A stretch of 64,000 nucleotides of DNA from positions 597,682-661,681 of the forward strand of contig PLZJ01000002.1 in NCBI GenBank assembly GCA_003152105.1, in the 5' to 3' direction. Below the pieces are notes generated by a model that did not search any database, was not told the origin of the DNA, and worked only from the letters and a program-made list of their open reading frames with translations. Of this stretch, positions 1 through 10,121 are shown piece by piece (the stretch's first letter is position 1; every line of letters starts with the position of its first letter). The DNA comes from Candidatus Levyibacteriota bacterium. Its GTDB lineage: Bacteria; Patescibacteriota; Microgenomatia; Levybacterales; UBA12049. Made by a program: the position numbers and the translations under genes.

Positions 1-2
1 TT

Positions 3-617
3 GAAATAGGGGCTCTACACACTCCACTAGCACTGTTTAATAAAGCAAAAGCTATTTATATCGATCGATTAGACAATAAAGGGCTTCGTAATCATTATCC
101 AGAACTTAATAAATTTTCTTTTGTACCTGTTGGTTTTGTTGAGGATGGTGAAGTGCTTAAAAGTATAAAATCAAATAGTCAGGACTTTTTAATAGCTAAT
201 CATTTTATTGAGCATTGCGAAAATCCTATTGCAACGATTAAAAATCATTTGCGGGTATTAAAAATTGGTGGGATCCTATATTATGCCGTACCTGACAAAA
301 GATATACTTTTGACACAGTGCGAGAACTTACAACATTTATTCATTTAAAACATGATTATGAAAAAGGAATTATACAATCAAGGAAGAATCATTATAATGA
401 ATGGGCAAAAGAAATATTACAACTTACTGGTCAAGATGCGCTTCAAAAAGCGCGCGTTTTACAAAAAACTAAATATAGTATTCATTTTCATGTTTGGACT
501 ATGGATTCATTTAAATCAATGCTCAAAAATATAAAATCTACCTATCATTTTCCATTTGAAATTGTTACAATTATTCCTAATATTAATGAATTTATTGTAA
601 TATTAAAAAAAGTCTAG
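3..617 (+). CDS. class I SAM-dependent methyltransferase, 5' end outside window
   Basis: Reading frame open from window start (no stop before 617); Methyltransf_11-like motifs FLIANHFIEHCENP and LRVLKIGGILYYAVPD. Confidence 0.6.
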   Translation, partial: EIGALHTPLALFNKAKAIYIDRLDNKGLRNHYPELNKFSFVPVGFVEDGEVLKSIKSNSQDFLIANHFIEHCENPIATIKNHLRVLKIGGILYYAVPDKRYTFDTVRELTTFIHLKHDYEKGIIQSRKNHYNEWAKEILQLTGQDALQKARVLQKTKYSIHFHVWTMDSFKSMLKNIKSTYHFPFEIVTIIPNINEFIVILKKV

Positions 618-641
618 TAGAGCGCAATTTAGGCAAAAAAT

Positions 642-1658
642 ATGAAGTATAAACGAGTATTAGTAACTGGCGGAGCAGGTTTTATAGGATCACATATTGT
701 TGATAAATTAGTTTTGGACAATTATCAAGTCCACGTAATAGATGATTATTCCGGAGGAAGCACAAGAAATACTAACAAAAAAGCGCACTATTATACATGT
801 GATCTAAGAAATGAAAAAAAGGCTGATAAAATTATATCTTTGATTAAACCCGAGCTTGTATTTCACTTAGCAGCAAACGCAGCAGAAAATAAAGCGCAAT
901 TCTCTCCTATTGATATTACATCGAGAAATTATAGTACATTTATTAATACGCTTGTTCCTTCAGTTAGAAATGGTATGAAACGCATAGTGGTAACCTCAAG
1001 TATTGCGGTGTATGGAAAACTTCAAACTCCATTTAAAGAAAATGACAAACCTGAACCAGAAGATCTTTACGGAATAAGCAAGTTAATGATGGAAGAGTCC
1101 CTAAAGGTACTAAGCGAAGTGCATGGTTTTGAATATGTAGTGACAAGGCCTCATAATTGCTATGGCCCAAGACAGAATATGACAGACCCCTATAGAAATG
1201 TAGTAACAATTTTTATGAACTCTCTTATGAAAAATAAACCTTATTATATTTATGGAGATGGTAAGCAGAGAAGATGTTTTTCCTATATTGATGATGTGGT
1301 AGATGCATTATATAAATGCGGTTTTGCAAACGTACACGGTAAAATATTTAATATAGGTGCTGATAAAGATTACAGTTTAAATGAGCTATCTGATGCAATC
1401 CAAAATGTAACTAGCATTACCATACCGCCTATTCATATCGCTGATAGGCCACAAGAAGTTAAAATTGCAATATCTGATCATAAACAATCTAAAAAATATT
1501 TAGGGTATAAAGATAAAACATCGCTTAAAGATGGGTTGTTGAAAACGTGGAAATATGCAAAAAAACTAGGACCTCAAAATGAAATATTTACAAAAATTGA
1601 GCTAGATAATAGTAAACTGCCCGCAAATTGGAGGAATGGATTTGCAAACAAAAAATAA
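642..1658 (+). CDS. NAD-dependent epimerase/dehydratase (UDP-sugar 4-epimerase / 4,6-dehydratase family)
   Basis: N-terminal Rossmann motif VTGGAGFIGSH, catalytic YGISK region, 338 aa. Confidence 0.8.
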   Translation: MKYKRVLVTGGAGFIGSHIVDKLVLDNYQVHVIDDYSGGSTRNTNKKAHYYTCDLRNEKKADKIISLIKPELVFHLAANAAENKAQFSPIDITSRNYSTFINTLVPSVRNGMKRIVVTSSIAVYGKLQTPFKENDKPEPEDLYGISKLMMEESLKVLSEVHGFEYVVTRPHNCYGPRQNMTDPYRNVVTIFMNSLMKNKPYYIYGDGKQRRCFSYIDDVVDALYKCGFANVHGKIFNIGADKDYSLNELSDAIQNVTSITIPPIHIADRPQEVKIAISDHKQSKKYLGYKDKTSLKDGLLKTWKYAKKLGPQNEIFTKIELDNSKLPANWRNGFANKK

Positions 1659-2673
1659 AAAGACCCCCAAAGTTTCAGTTGTAATGTCAAATTACAATGG
1701 ACACACGCTAAAACTAATTGACAATTCACTCAGTTCCATTTTAAAAAACAATTACAAAAATTTAGAAGTAATAGTTATAGATAACGCTTCTACGGATGAT
1801 AGCGTGTCATTTATTAAGAAAAAATATGGTAAAAACAAACGCTTAAAATTAATAGAAAATAAAATAAATATGTATAGTTTGGGACTTAATTTGGGCATTA
1901 AAAATGCTAATGGCAAATATATAGCTTTTTTTAACAATGATGCAACAGTAGATAATGGATATTTTCAAACATTTATATCATTTTTAGAAAAAAATAAACA
2001 CATTGGACTTGCTCAGGGTAAGTTATTAGCTGCTAATAATCATGCTTTGATAGATTGTGTTGGAGAGACTATGGATATATTTGGAAACCCAACAAGTATT
2101 GGTCATGGAGAAAAAGCCTTGGGAAATTTTACTACCCAAACAGATATTCTTTCAGTAAGCGGCTCTTGTTCGATGCTTCGAAAATCAATAGTTGATGATA
2201 TCGGATATTTTGATGAAGACTTTGGAATAGGATATGAAGATATGGATTTATCTCTACGAGCAAGGAAATTTGGTTATGATATTGTATATTTCCCAAACAT
2301 CTACGTATATCATAAACGAGGAGCTACTGATTTGGCAGATATTGTTAGAATAAAAGTAAGATGGCATTTTAATAAAAATAGAATTATGACTATTATTAAA
2401 AACTATCCTCTTCATTTAATTATTACAACCCTTCCGGTAGTAGTGCTCATTTATTCGCTTGCTGGGTTTTGGGAAATTATGTTTCAAAATAAAATATCAC
2501 TTGGCTTAACTCGTTTTACATCAATGTTTTGGGTACTTACGCATCTATCAATTATTTTACAAAAACGAAAACAAATAGAACAAATACCCACAAAAAATAA
2601 TTGGAGTACCATTTATCAGTTAATGTATAAAACACAAATGCTTCAAAAAGCAAAAGAGTCACTCCATATATGA
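1636..2673 (+). CDS. glycosyltransferase family 2 with C-terminal membrane segments
   Basis: VSVVMSNYNG, IVIDNASTDDS, FFNNDAT (DxD-like) and ED acceptor motif; hydrophobic C-terminus; 23-nt overlap with upstream gene. Confidence 0.75.
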   Translation: MDLQTKNKKTPKVSVVMSNYNGHTLKLIDNSLSSILKNNYKNLEVIVIDNASTDDSVSFIKKKYGKNKRLKLIENKINMYSLGLNLGIKNANGKYIAFFNNDATVDNGYFQTFISFLEKNKHIGLAQGKLLAANNHALIDCVGETMDIFGNPTSIGHGEKALGNFTTQTDILSVSGSCSMLRKSIVDDIGYFDEDFGIGYEDMDLSLRARKFGYDIVYFPNIYVYHKRGATDLADIVRIKVRWHFNKNRIMTIIKNYPLHLIITTLPVVVLIYSLAGFWEIMFQNKISLGLTRFTSMFWVLTHLSIILQKRKQIEQIPTKNNWSTIYQLMYKTQMLQKAKESLHI

Positions 2674-3335
2674 ATGCAATTCGTTATATACCATTTACCT
2701 ATCCGTGGATTTTAGATCGTGCAATTGGAAATAATATAGCCACTATTTTGGACATAGGTTGTGGAAATGGTGAATTAATGAAGAAATTAAGCATCGGTAA
2801 AGAGTGGGATATTACGGGTGTTGATATTTATAAACCCACAATTAAAGAGGCAGAAAAAACTAAAGCTTATAAAAACTTATATGTATCAAATATCGTAAAG
2901 CTGCCAAAAAGTATTAAAAAAAACAAATATGACTTAGTTTTTAGTTCACAGGTTATTGAACATTTATCCAAAAAAGATGCAAGACTGCTTATTGCACAAA
3001 TGGAGAAGCTAGCTGTAAAACGGATTGTTGTGACAACGACAGTTGGTTTTATGCGTTTCTCGCCGCTTGAACAAGTACATCATCATAAGCACGACGATAA
3101 TCCATATCAAGAACATAGATCGTCATGGGATCCTAAGGAATTTATTAAAAAAGGATATACTTCTAGAGGACAAGGCTTATATCTAATTTATAGAGAAGGA
3201 TATTTGGCACATTCATTGCATCATATTTTTCATCCGATTCTTTTTATGATTTCATTACTTTTTTCACCGATTGTATATTTTCGACCTTCAATTGGCACTT
3301 ACCAAATTAATTGGAAAAATAGTAAAAGAAAGTAG
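2670..3335 (+). CDS. class I SAM-dependent methyltransferase
   Basis: ILDIGCGNGE glycine-rich SAM motif; ATGA overlap with preceding GT2. Confidence 0.7.
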   Translation: MNAIRYIPFTYPWILDRAIGNNIATILDIGCGNGELMKKLSIGKEWDITGVDIYKPTIKEAEKTKAYKNLYVSNIVKLPKSIKKNKYDLVFSSQVIEHLSKKDARLLIAQMEKLAVKRIVVTTTVGFMRFSPLEQVHHHKHDDNPYQEHRSSWDPKEFIKKGYTSRGQGLYLIYREGYLAHSLHHIFHPILFMISLLFSPIVYFRPSIGTYQINWKNSKRK

Positions 3336-3338
3336 TAT

Positions 3339-6300
3339 ATGAAAAAATATTTCTTGTTTGGCATTCTTTCTATTATTCTCACTACAATTTGGTTTCATAA
3401 AGGATTACTGATTGGACTTGGTGAATCTGGAGTTTCTTTTTATAATGTCAAAAATCAGTTAGCTATCACATCACATACATGGTCTCCTTTTGCTCTTGGC
3501 ATATTTCCAGGATTAACTATTTGTACTTTGCCATTATTTTATTTTGCAAATTTACTTTCACAAATAGGCATATCTGATGTGGGGACACAAGCTATTATAT
3601 TTGGATTATGTTTATTTTCGTCATTTATCGGCACAACGCTTTTGACGAATTATTTATTTGTCAAATCTAAAAATAAAGAAGTTATTAGTATATTTACTGG
3701 TTTATTTTATGGTTTAAATTTAGTATCTTTAGTTACAGCATGGAATAGATTGCAATATCCTTTCCTTTTTTTCTATATAGTAATTCCCTTTGCGCTCTAC
3801 ACGTTTATAAAAGCATGTGATCAAAAAAAATATGCTTATGCAATTCTCCTCAATGTAATCTTTTTAGTATTTTCTTCAGCATTCGCAGCCATTCCTTTTA
3901 TTGAACTAATATGGGGATTACTGCTGGCTTACTCTTTTTTTATTGTTTTAGTTAATTGGAAAAAAGATCCTTCAAAAGCGTTGTTTGCAATACTATTTTA
4001 TATACTTTCAGTTACTATCTGGGCATTATTTAATTCCTGGTGGTTACTTCAGATGATCAAAGCCATAGAAAGTGTTCTTGGTGAAAATGTGTACAGTATC
4101 AAAGGAGATATTGGAACACTGAATATTTTAAGTCAAGAACAAGGCAATTTATCTTTTGTATATAGATTAATGAATCAACAATTTTTTGATTCAATGAAAA
4201 CTGTATGGGGTAATTTTTATAATACGCCTCCATTTATAGTGATAAGTTATATTATTCCGTTTTTAGCATTTTCCCCCTTAATTATAAAAAAAAAGCCAGG
4301 TTTTATATATTTTTTCTTAGGACTTTCTCTTCTCGTAATTTATTTTATTAAAGGTTCAAATCCACCCTTTGGAGGAATATATCTATTTCTATTTTCACAT
4401 TTAAAAATATTTGAAGTGTTCTGTTCTTCATTTGAAAAATATGGCTTGGTTCTTCCGCTTGCATACGCTCCCTTAATTGGGTTTACGTTGTTACTACTAT
4501 TTACCACTTTAAAAAATAGTATTTCTGTTAGAAAGACTTATTTTATTTTTACATCTCTTGGTCTTTTACTTTTCGTAGTACTTGTTTACCCCTTTTGGAA
4601 TAATTTAATATTTACGTACAACTTACCGCCTGAAAATAACCCTTCAATAGGGGACTATGTTTCGGTTCCTATAGATTATCAAAGTGCAAATACTTTTTTA
4701 CACAAAGATACTGATATTTACCGGGGTATGGCATTACCAATAGATGGTGAAGGCATGACATATGAATGGAAATATGGATTTAATGGTGTTGAATATTTAA
4801 ATGATATGTTTGGTATACCTTTTCTTTCTTTAGGAACAAGTACAATTCCTAATCTACAAAATATTACCGATCAATTTAATTACACACTATTTAAGTACCC
4901 CTTCTCGTTTACAAAAATGATGACATTATTAAATGTAAAATATTTATTAGTTAGATCTGATATTGATTACAAAAATAGAAATACTACAAATCCACATATT
5001 CTTACCGACTATATTAATGGCAGGTCGATAGCTAACTTATCTTTTGAAAAGCAGTTTGGAAAACTCGCATTTTATAAAAATATGTCATTTATACCCAAAA
5101 TATATACTGCTAAAAATTTATTTGCAGCACCACAATCACTTTACTTTACCGATATATTTACATTAAATAACTTTCAAAACAAAGATGTTGTTGTAAATAC
5201 GAATGAAAATGAGTTTGGAGACAAATTGGCACAAAGTGCTTTATCTGAAACTATTTTACCCAAGAACGTTATAAATTCTGATCAAGTTCCAAAAATTACC
5301 CTAACACAAGCTGAACTTCAAATTCCCATGTCGAGGTATGGTGCTGATTCTCGATTTTTTCCACTAATTAGATTTAAAGAAAATCTCAGTAGATGGGGTA
5401 TTGTAGACAGCCAAGACAAATTATTATATGACATTAATATTTCATATAAGAGACTAGGAGAATTACAACGAATTGCATTAGCAAATAATCTAGTTGGAAT
5501 AGGTCCTGCTGAAAATGAATATATTTCCAGTTTAGGAATAATCGAAAAAACTATTAATTCTCAAGATAGTGCTACCTTGAGTGAAAACATCGACTCAATT
5601 AGAGCGCAATTTCTTGCTGAACAGGTTATATTAAATAATTTAATAAATTCTCTACATCCTGGAGGCATTAGATCTTCTTTGCAATCTACAAGAAGTGTAT
5701 TTACGGAATTTGAAAAACATATATATGTTATTTCTTTATACCCATCACAAATTAAAAATTCTATACAAAGTGAAAATATCTATCGGTTTATGGCCCCTTT
5801 GGATGGTAATTATCAAGTCTTACTAAGACAACTCAACTACCAGCAGTATTACAAAACGCAAAACCAAGTTACTATTCAAATTAACAACAAGATTATTATC
5901 GTTACTCCAACGTATAAGAACGGATTCATTTCATATGGGACATTTATGCTTGACAAAGGATTAAATGAATTCCATATTTTAACTCCGATAACACTAAATT
6001 TAATAAAGGAAAATTCTTCTTTGCCTCTTACACTTATTGCAACTTCCCAAAAAACTGAAATTAGAAAAACCTTTCATCTAAAAAATTTTGATCCATACTC
6101 ACAGTATGTTGCTTCGTTTGATTATAAAATCACAAACGGCGGAGGTGCAACAATCGAGGCAGAAAGCGATGTAGATGCGGTAAAAGATGGAAAAAATGTT
6201 CCCGAATGGAGTCAAGGAATAAGTGGTTCAGTTGGAAATTTTAATTGGCAACATGTCGCTTATAGAGTTTATCCATATCACACAGCCACAACGCAATCAA

Positions 6301-6839
6301 TCTCATTTGTTGTTAATGCAACTAACTCTTGCATTGCAGATAATCAACAAGATATGCGTTTGGTTAAAATGTGTAGTACAAATAAATCATTTTATACCAA
6401 ATATACTCATAATACTGAATTTATATTTAAAAATGTCAAACTTGAAAAAATCTTCCCATCTGACTTAATGCTTTTTAAACAAAATATGAAAACTACTGTA
6501 ATAAAAAACCCGACAATTACGTTTAATGAAATTAATGGTTCAACATATATAGTGCATATTAAAAATGCAATAAATCCTTATAATCTTGTTTTTTCAGAAA
6601 ATTTCAATCCAGATTGGCAAGTTATTTATAATAATGCGCAAATAGCCACCTCAAAACATTTCATGGTTAATTCATTTGCGAATGCATGGCAAATTGATAA
6701 AACTGGCACGTATAATATAACAGTTAGATTTCAAGATGAAAATCTATTTTTGTTTGGAAAGGTACTATCATTACTTTCTATAATTTGTTCAGTTAGCATT
6801 TTTACAGTCTATAAAATTTGGAAAAAGAAAAAAACATAA
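3339..6839 (+). CDS. YfhO-like polytopic membrane protein (GT-C-like architecture), 1166 aa
   Basis: About 12 N-terminal TM helices, roughly 700-aa extracytoplasmic region, C-terminal module FSENFNPDWQVIYNN...GTYNITVRF followed by a terminal TM helix. This topology and C-terminal motif are typical of the YfhO family. Confidence 0.45.
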   Translation: MKKYFLFGILSIILTTIWFHKGLLIGLGESGVSFYNVKNQLAITSHTWSPFALGIFPGLTICTLPLFYFANLLSQIGISDVGTQAIIFGLCLFSSFIGTTLLTNYLFVKSKNKEVISIFTGLFYGLNLVSLVTAWNRLQYPFLFFYIVIPFALYTFIKACDQKKYAYAILLNVIFLVFSSAFAAIPFIELIWGLLLAYSFFIVLVNWKKDPSKALFAILFYILSVTIWALFNSWWLLQMIKAIESVLGENVYSIKGDIGTLNILSQEQGNLSFVYRLMNQQFFDSMKTVWGNFYNTPPFIVISYIIPFLAFSPLIIKKKPGFIYFFLGLSLLVIYFIKGSNPPFGGIYLFLFSHLKIFEVFCSSFEKYGLVLPLAYAPLIGFTLLLLFTTLKNSISVRKTYFIFTSLGLLLFVVLVYPFWNNLIFTYNLPPENNPSIGDYVSVPIDYQSANTFLHKDTDIYRGMALPIDGEGMTYEWKYGFNGVEYLNDMFGIPFLSLGTSTIPNLQNITDQFNYTLFKYPFSFTKMMTLLNVKYLLVRSDIDYKNRNTTNPHILTDYINGRSIANLSFEKQFGKLAFYKNMSFIPKIYTAKNLFAAPQSLYFTDIFTLNNFQNKDVVVNTNENEFGDKLAQSALSETILPKNVINSDQVPKITLTQAELQIPMSRYGADSRFFPLIRFKENLSRWGIVDSQDKLLYDINISYKRLGELQRIALANNLVGIGPAENEYISSLGIIEKTINSQDSATLSENIDSIRAQFLAEQVILNNLINSLHPGGIRSSLQSTRSVFTEFEKHIYVISLYPSQIKNSIQSENIYRFMAPLDGNYQVLLRQLNYQQYYKTQNQVTIQINNKIIIVTPTYKNGFISYGTFMLDKGLNEFHILTPITLNLIKENSSLPLTLIATSQKTEIRKTFHLKNFDPYSQYVASFDYKITNGGGATIEAESDVDAVKDGKNVPEWSQGISGSVGNFNWQHVAYRVYPYHTATTQSISFVVNATNSCIADNQQDMRLVKMCSTNKSFYTKYTHNTEFIFKNVKLEKIFPSDLMLFKQNMKTTVIKNPTITFNEINGSTYIVHIKNAINPYNLVFSENFNPDWQVIYNNAQIATSKHFMVNSFANAWQIDKTGTYNITVRFQDENLFLFGKVLSLLSIICSVSIFTVYKIWKKKKT

Positions 6840-6841
6840 AC

Positions 6842-7183
6842 ATGAATTTTACAAACACATTTGGATCTGTTTTAGAAAAAATACATAGCAAGCTCTTAAT
6901 ATTTCTTTATAAATATGTATTTTTCTATACGTATCTGCAATATTTTTCCAATGATATTTTTCAACTTGTAATTTTAGCACTATATGTTTTTGCGATTTTT
7001 AAATTACATATTTCAGGGAAAACCACTGCGATTATTGGATTTGTATTATTAATTGTGACAATGATGTTAAATATTTTTGGAGAAGATGATTATGCTGGAA
7101 TTGTATCGCAATATGTATTTTTGTTCTTTGTCATTGCATTTTTGCAACAATTCTACCATTATATTAAGTATGAAAATAAATAA
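6842..7183 (+). CDS. small hypothetical membrane protein
   Basis: About 3 hydrophobic segments. ATG 6842 is preferred over track ATG 6818, which overlaps the upstream gene; no recognisable domain. Confidence 0.3.
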   Translation: MNFTNTFGSVLEKIHSKLLIFLYKYVFFYTYLQYFSNDIFQLVILALYVFAIFKLHISGKTTAIIGFVLLIVTMMLNIFGEDDYAGIVSQYVFLFFVIAFLQQFYHYIKYENK

Positions 7184-8360
7184 GTACTTTTTTATTTTCA
7201 TACTATTATTTCTCATTGTAACCGTATTTAATATACTACTTAGTTCTTCTTTATTGCAGGGTGGTGATTATAATCCTCCTATTCCACAAATAGTGACTAT
7301 AGGTACGAGTATGTTTGGGTGGTGTGATTATCTCAATCTAGGTAACAATTGCGTTGCAATTAATCTTCATGCACTTCCGATGTGGAATATAATGGCGTTT
7401 ACGAGCACATTTTTCTTTTTCTCACCAGTTATTTTAGAAAGATTATTTTGGTGGTTTCCTTTTATCGTTTTAGCTTATTTTTCATCAGCATATTTGTTTA
7501 TAAAAATATTTCCAAATAATCAGTATTATGTATTAAGTTCAGTGCTTTACACGGTGAATACATATATATTAATGGTTATAGGAGGGGGACAGATAGCGGG
7601 GATTGGATTAGCGTATGCATTATTGCCTTTACTTTTAGTTTCTGTTCTTCAAGCATTTGAAAAAAGAACAATACTCTCATCATTAAATGTAGGAATTTTA
7701 TTCTCAATCTGCGTATTGCTTGATCTTCGTATTGCCTACATCAGCGCAGTTGTATGTTTTTGTTTATTTCTATGGAAATGTTTGTTTATTAAACAGAAAA
7801 TGCAAATATTAAAACATGGAATAGTACTATGTATAACCATATTCACTGTTGTATTTTTAATGCATGCTTATTGGATTCTTCCAGCATTACTATTACATAA
7901 AGACCCCATTACGCAACTTGGCGCTGCTTATAGTTCCACAAATGCCGTTTCCTATTATAGCTTTGCAACTTTCGAAAATACAATTAGTTTACTACACCCA
8001 AATTGGCCGGAAAATATTTTTGGAAAAACGTATTTTATGAAACCTGAATTCTTACTATTACCATTTTTTGCCTTTCTTTCTCTCATTTTTGCAAATAAAT
8101 CGCAATCTGAAAATAATAACAGAAAATCTACGATGTATATATTATTTTTTGCACTACTTGCGTTACTTGGTGCATTTTTAAGTAAAGGAACTAATGAGCC
8201 TTTTGGACAGATATATTCTTGGATGTTTTCCCATTTTCCAGGTTTTAATGCCTTTCGAGATAGCACTAAGTGGTATGTATTAATATCCTTAAGTTACGCT
8301 ATGTTAATTCCTTACACTATTTCGCAGTTATGTGAAAAGATTATGGGTAAGTTAAAATAA
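7170..8360 (+). CDS. polytopic membrane protein, paralog of the N-terminal TM domain of the 3339..6839 protein
   Basis: 10-12 TM helices. PFGQIYSWMFSHFPGFNAFRDSTKWYVLISLSYAMLIPYT aligns with PFGGIYLFLFSHLKIFEVFCSSFEKYGLVLPLAYAPLIGFT of the 1166-aa protein. Start taken at in-frame ATG 7170 (MKINKYFF) rather than 7077. Confidence 0.5.
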   Translation: MKINKYFFIFILLFLIVTVFNILLSSSLLQGGDYNPPIPQIVTIGTSMFGWCDYLNLGNNCVAINLHALPMWNIMAFTSTFFFFSPVILERLFWWFPFIVLAYFSSAYLFIKIFPNNQYYVLSSVLYTVNTYILMVIGGGQIAGIGLAYALLPLLLVSVLQAFEKRTILSSLNVGILFSICVLLDLRIAYISAVVCFCLFLWKCLFIKQKMQILKHGIVLCITIFTVVFLMHAYWILPALLLHKDPITQLGAAYSSTNAVSYYSFATFENTISLLHPNWPENIFGKTYFMKPEFLLLPFFAFLSLIFANKSQSENNNRKSTMYILFFALLALLGAFLSKGTNEPFGQIYSWMFSHFPGFNAFRDSTKWYVLISLSYAMLIPYTISQLCEKIMGKLK

Positions 8361-8368
8361 AATAAATT

Positions 8369-9268
8369 ATGAAAACAACACCAATTATTATATTGCATGG
8401 ACTTGGAGATAATTTGCTTCTATTTCCTGTACTTCTTGATTATTCATTGCAACATAAATCAAAACTAAATTTAGTAGTAGCGAAAAATTATGGATCAAAA
8501 TCATTTTGGGAAAATATACGTTTTGTAAATTCAGTAAGAGAAATAACTTTGGATGCACACCCAAGATTTTGGAATATTTTTTATTTTTATCTTATTGATT
8601 ATGCTAAAAATATACAAAAAGCTAAAAAGATAACTCATGATCAGCATTTTATATTTTTGAAAATATCAGTGCTACCACTATTTGTAGAAAATATATTATC
8701 TTCAATTTTTAATCGTCATAAGTTAACCCTTGCATATAATGAGTTGCATATAACTCCTAAAAATACAATAAATACAATTAGTCTTGAAGATTATTTTAAA
8801 ATTCCAAAATTCAGTACAGTTCTCCGATGGCTAAAGGCAAGAGAATTAAAAAAATTTGAGTATATTTGTATACATTACAAAACTTTTTCAGAAAGTAAAT
8901 CTATTGACAAACAACTTATTAATTTATTTATTGCAACATATCCTAAAATAAGCTTTATCATAATAATGACAAAGCAAATGCAAGATAATGAGGAAAATAA
9001 TGGTGGATTAATAGAGCAAAAAAATGCCTATTATGCAACAGAGTTTGATGTCGTGGAATTATATTATGTATTAAAGTTTGCCAAAAAAAATATTGTGATC
9101 GATTCTTCTATTATGCATCTTGCTTGTTATACGAAAACTCCTACTTTAGCCATTTTTAAAGTAAAGAAAATTAAACCAAAGCTTATACTACCAGAGGCAA
9201 AAAATATCACCGTTAAACAAATGTATACAAGTCATGGTATCAAACAAGCGATGAGTGCATTTATATAA
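8369..9268 (+). CDS. glycosyltransferase family 9-like (heptosyltransferase fold)
   Basis: N-terminus IILHGLGDNLLLFPVL resembles GT9 RLSSLGDVILTTPVL; C-terminal IVIDSSIMHLACYTKTPTLAIF resembles GNDSGxMHLAAAxGxPxVALFG. Confidence 0.5.
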   Translation: MKTTPIIILHGLGDNLLLFPVLLDYSLQHKSKLNLVVAKNYGSKSFWENIRFVNSVREITLDAHPRFWNIFYFYLIDYAKNIQKAKKITHDQHFIFLKISVLPLFVENILSSIFNRHKLTLAYNELHITPKNTINTISLEDYFKIPKFSTVLRWLKARELKKFEYICIHYKTFSESKSIDKQLINLFIATYPKISFIIIMTKQMQDNEENNGGLIEQKNAYYATEFDVVELYYVLKFAKKNIVIDSSIMHLACYTKTPTLAIFKVKKIKPKLILPEAKNITVKQMYTSHGIKQAMSAFI

Positions 9269-9271
9269 TAT

Positions 9272-10120
9272 ATGAGACAACTAATAAACCGAATATATAG
9301 ATATATTAAAATTGATCTAGATTATTTATTCTTACCATATCCGTTACAGACAAAAATAGTAACTATTTGTCGTACAAACATAGCTGTAATCAAAAACATT
9401 ATAACCAAAAAAGATCAAGGGAATATTACTATACATAATCAAGTAATTACATATGAAACTGTGTTTGCTACAAAAACTTTTCTTGCCGCATGCTATGATT
9501 TTTATGTCACAACACAAAAGTTAACAATTTTTTCCAAAAATCCGGTAATATTGGATATTGGAGCAAATATTGGACAATTTGCATTTGCAGTAAAGTCATT
9601 TTATCCAGACGCTTCTCTTTACTCTGTAGAACCAGATGTGGATATATTTGCCATTCTTAAGAAAAACTTTTCTCATAGTAAAAATATGAAGTTATTTAAT
9701 GTTGCGATAGCTAGTAATAATAATTCCAGGACATTTTACAAAAGTAAAAAGTTTTCAGAATGGTCCACACTCGAGACCCCGAAAGACCATGAAAACTATA
9801 TTACTACAAAGGTAGATACTACTACAGGTGATACCCTTTTTAAGGAGCTTTTGAATATCGATTTATTAAAAATTGACGTTGAAGGAGCTGAACGAGAAGC
9901 AATTGTTGGAATGAGTAAAACGCTTTCGAAGGCAAAATATGTGCTTATTGAAGTTTCTCTTCAGCGTGACCCAATTGATAAGAACACGAGTTTATTATTG
10001 AAACATTTATTACAGAGCGGATTTTCATTATTTAGAATAGGTAGGATATTTACATATGCATCGGGGCAAGAGCAGGGAGCAGCAGATTTATTATTTAAAA
10101 ATAAATTGCTAAAAAAGTAA
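9272..10120 (+). CDS. FkbM family methyltransferase
   Basis: ILDIGANIGQFAF motif typical of Methyltransf_21 / FkbM. Confidence 0.7.
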   Translation: MRQLINRIYRYIKIDLDYLFLPYPLQTKIVTICRTNIAVIKNIITKKDQGNITIHNQVITYETVFATKTFLAACYDFYVTTQKLTIFSKNPVILDIGANIGQFAFAVKSFYPDASLYSVEPDVDIFAILKKNFSHSKNMKLFNVAIASNNNSRTFYKSKKFSEWSTLETPKDHENYITTKVDTTTGDTLFKELLNIDLLKIDVEGAEREAIVGMSKTLSKAKYVLIEVSLQRDPIDKNTSLLLKHLLQSGFSLFRIGRIFTYASGQEQGAADLLFKNKLLKK

Positions 10121-10121
10121 T

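Noticed and set aside
352-534. Short nested ORFs from the six-frame track (352-534; 1752-1937; 6223-6468; 7955-8266; 10180-10386; 13527-13811; 14633-14947; 15478-16312; 20557-21289; 21376-21627; 22346-22540; 25975-26214; 27174-27380; 28256-28468; 29532-29834; 30804-31004; 33001-33237; 34168-34683; 36219-36590; 37646-38844; 40516-41631; 43541-43998; 46355-46936; 47817-48008; 48819-49306; 50155-50358; 51590-51859; 54848-55042; 56941-57603; 60135-60987; 61552-61752)
   Set aside because: Each is embedded in or antisense to a longer ORF with clear domain signatures. Their products are low-complexity or hydrophobic mirror translations typical of AT-rich DNA.
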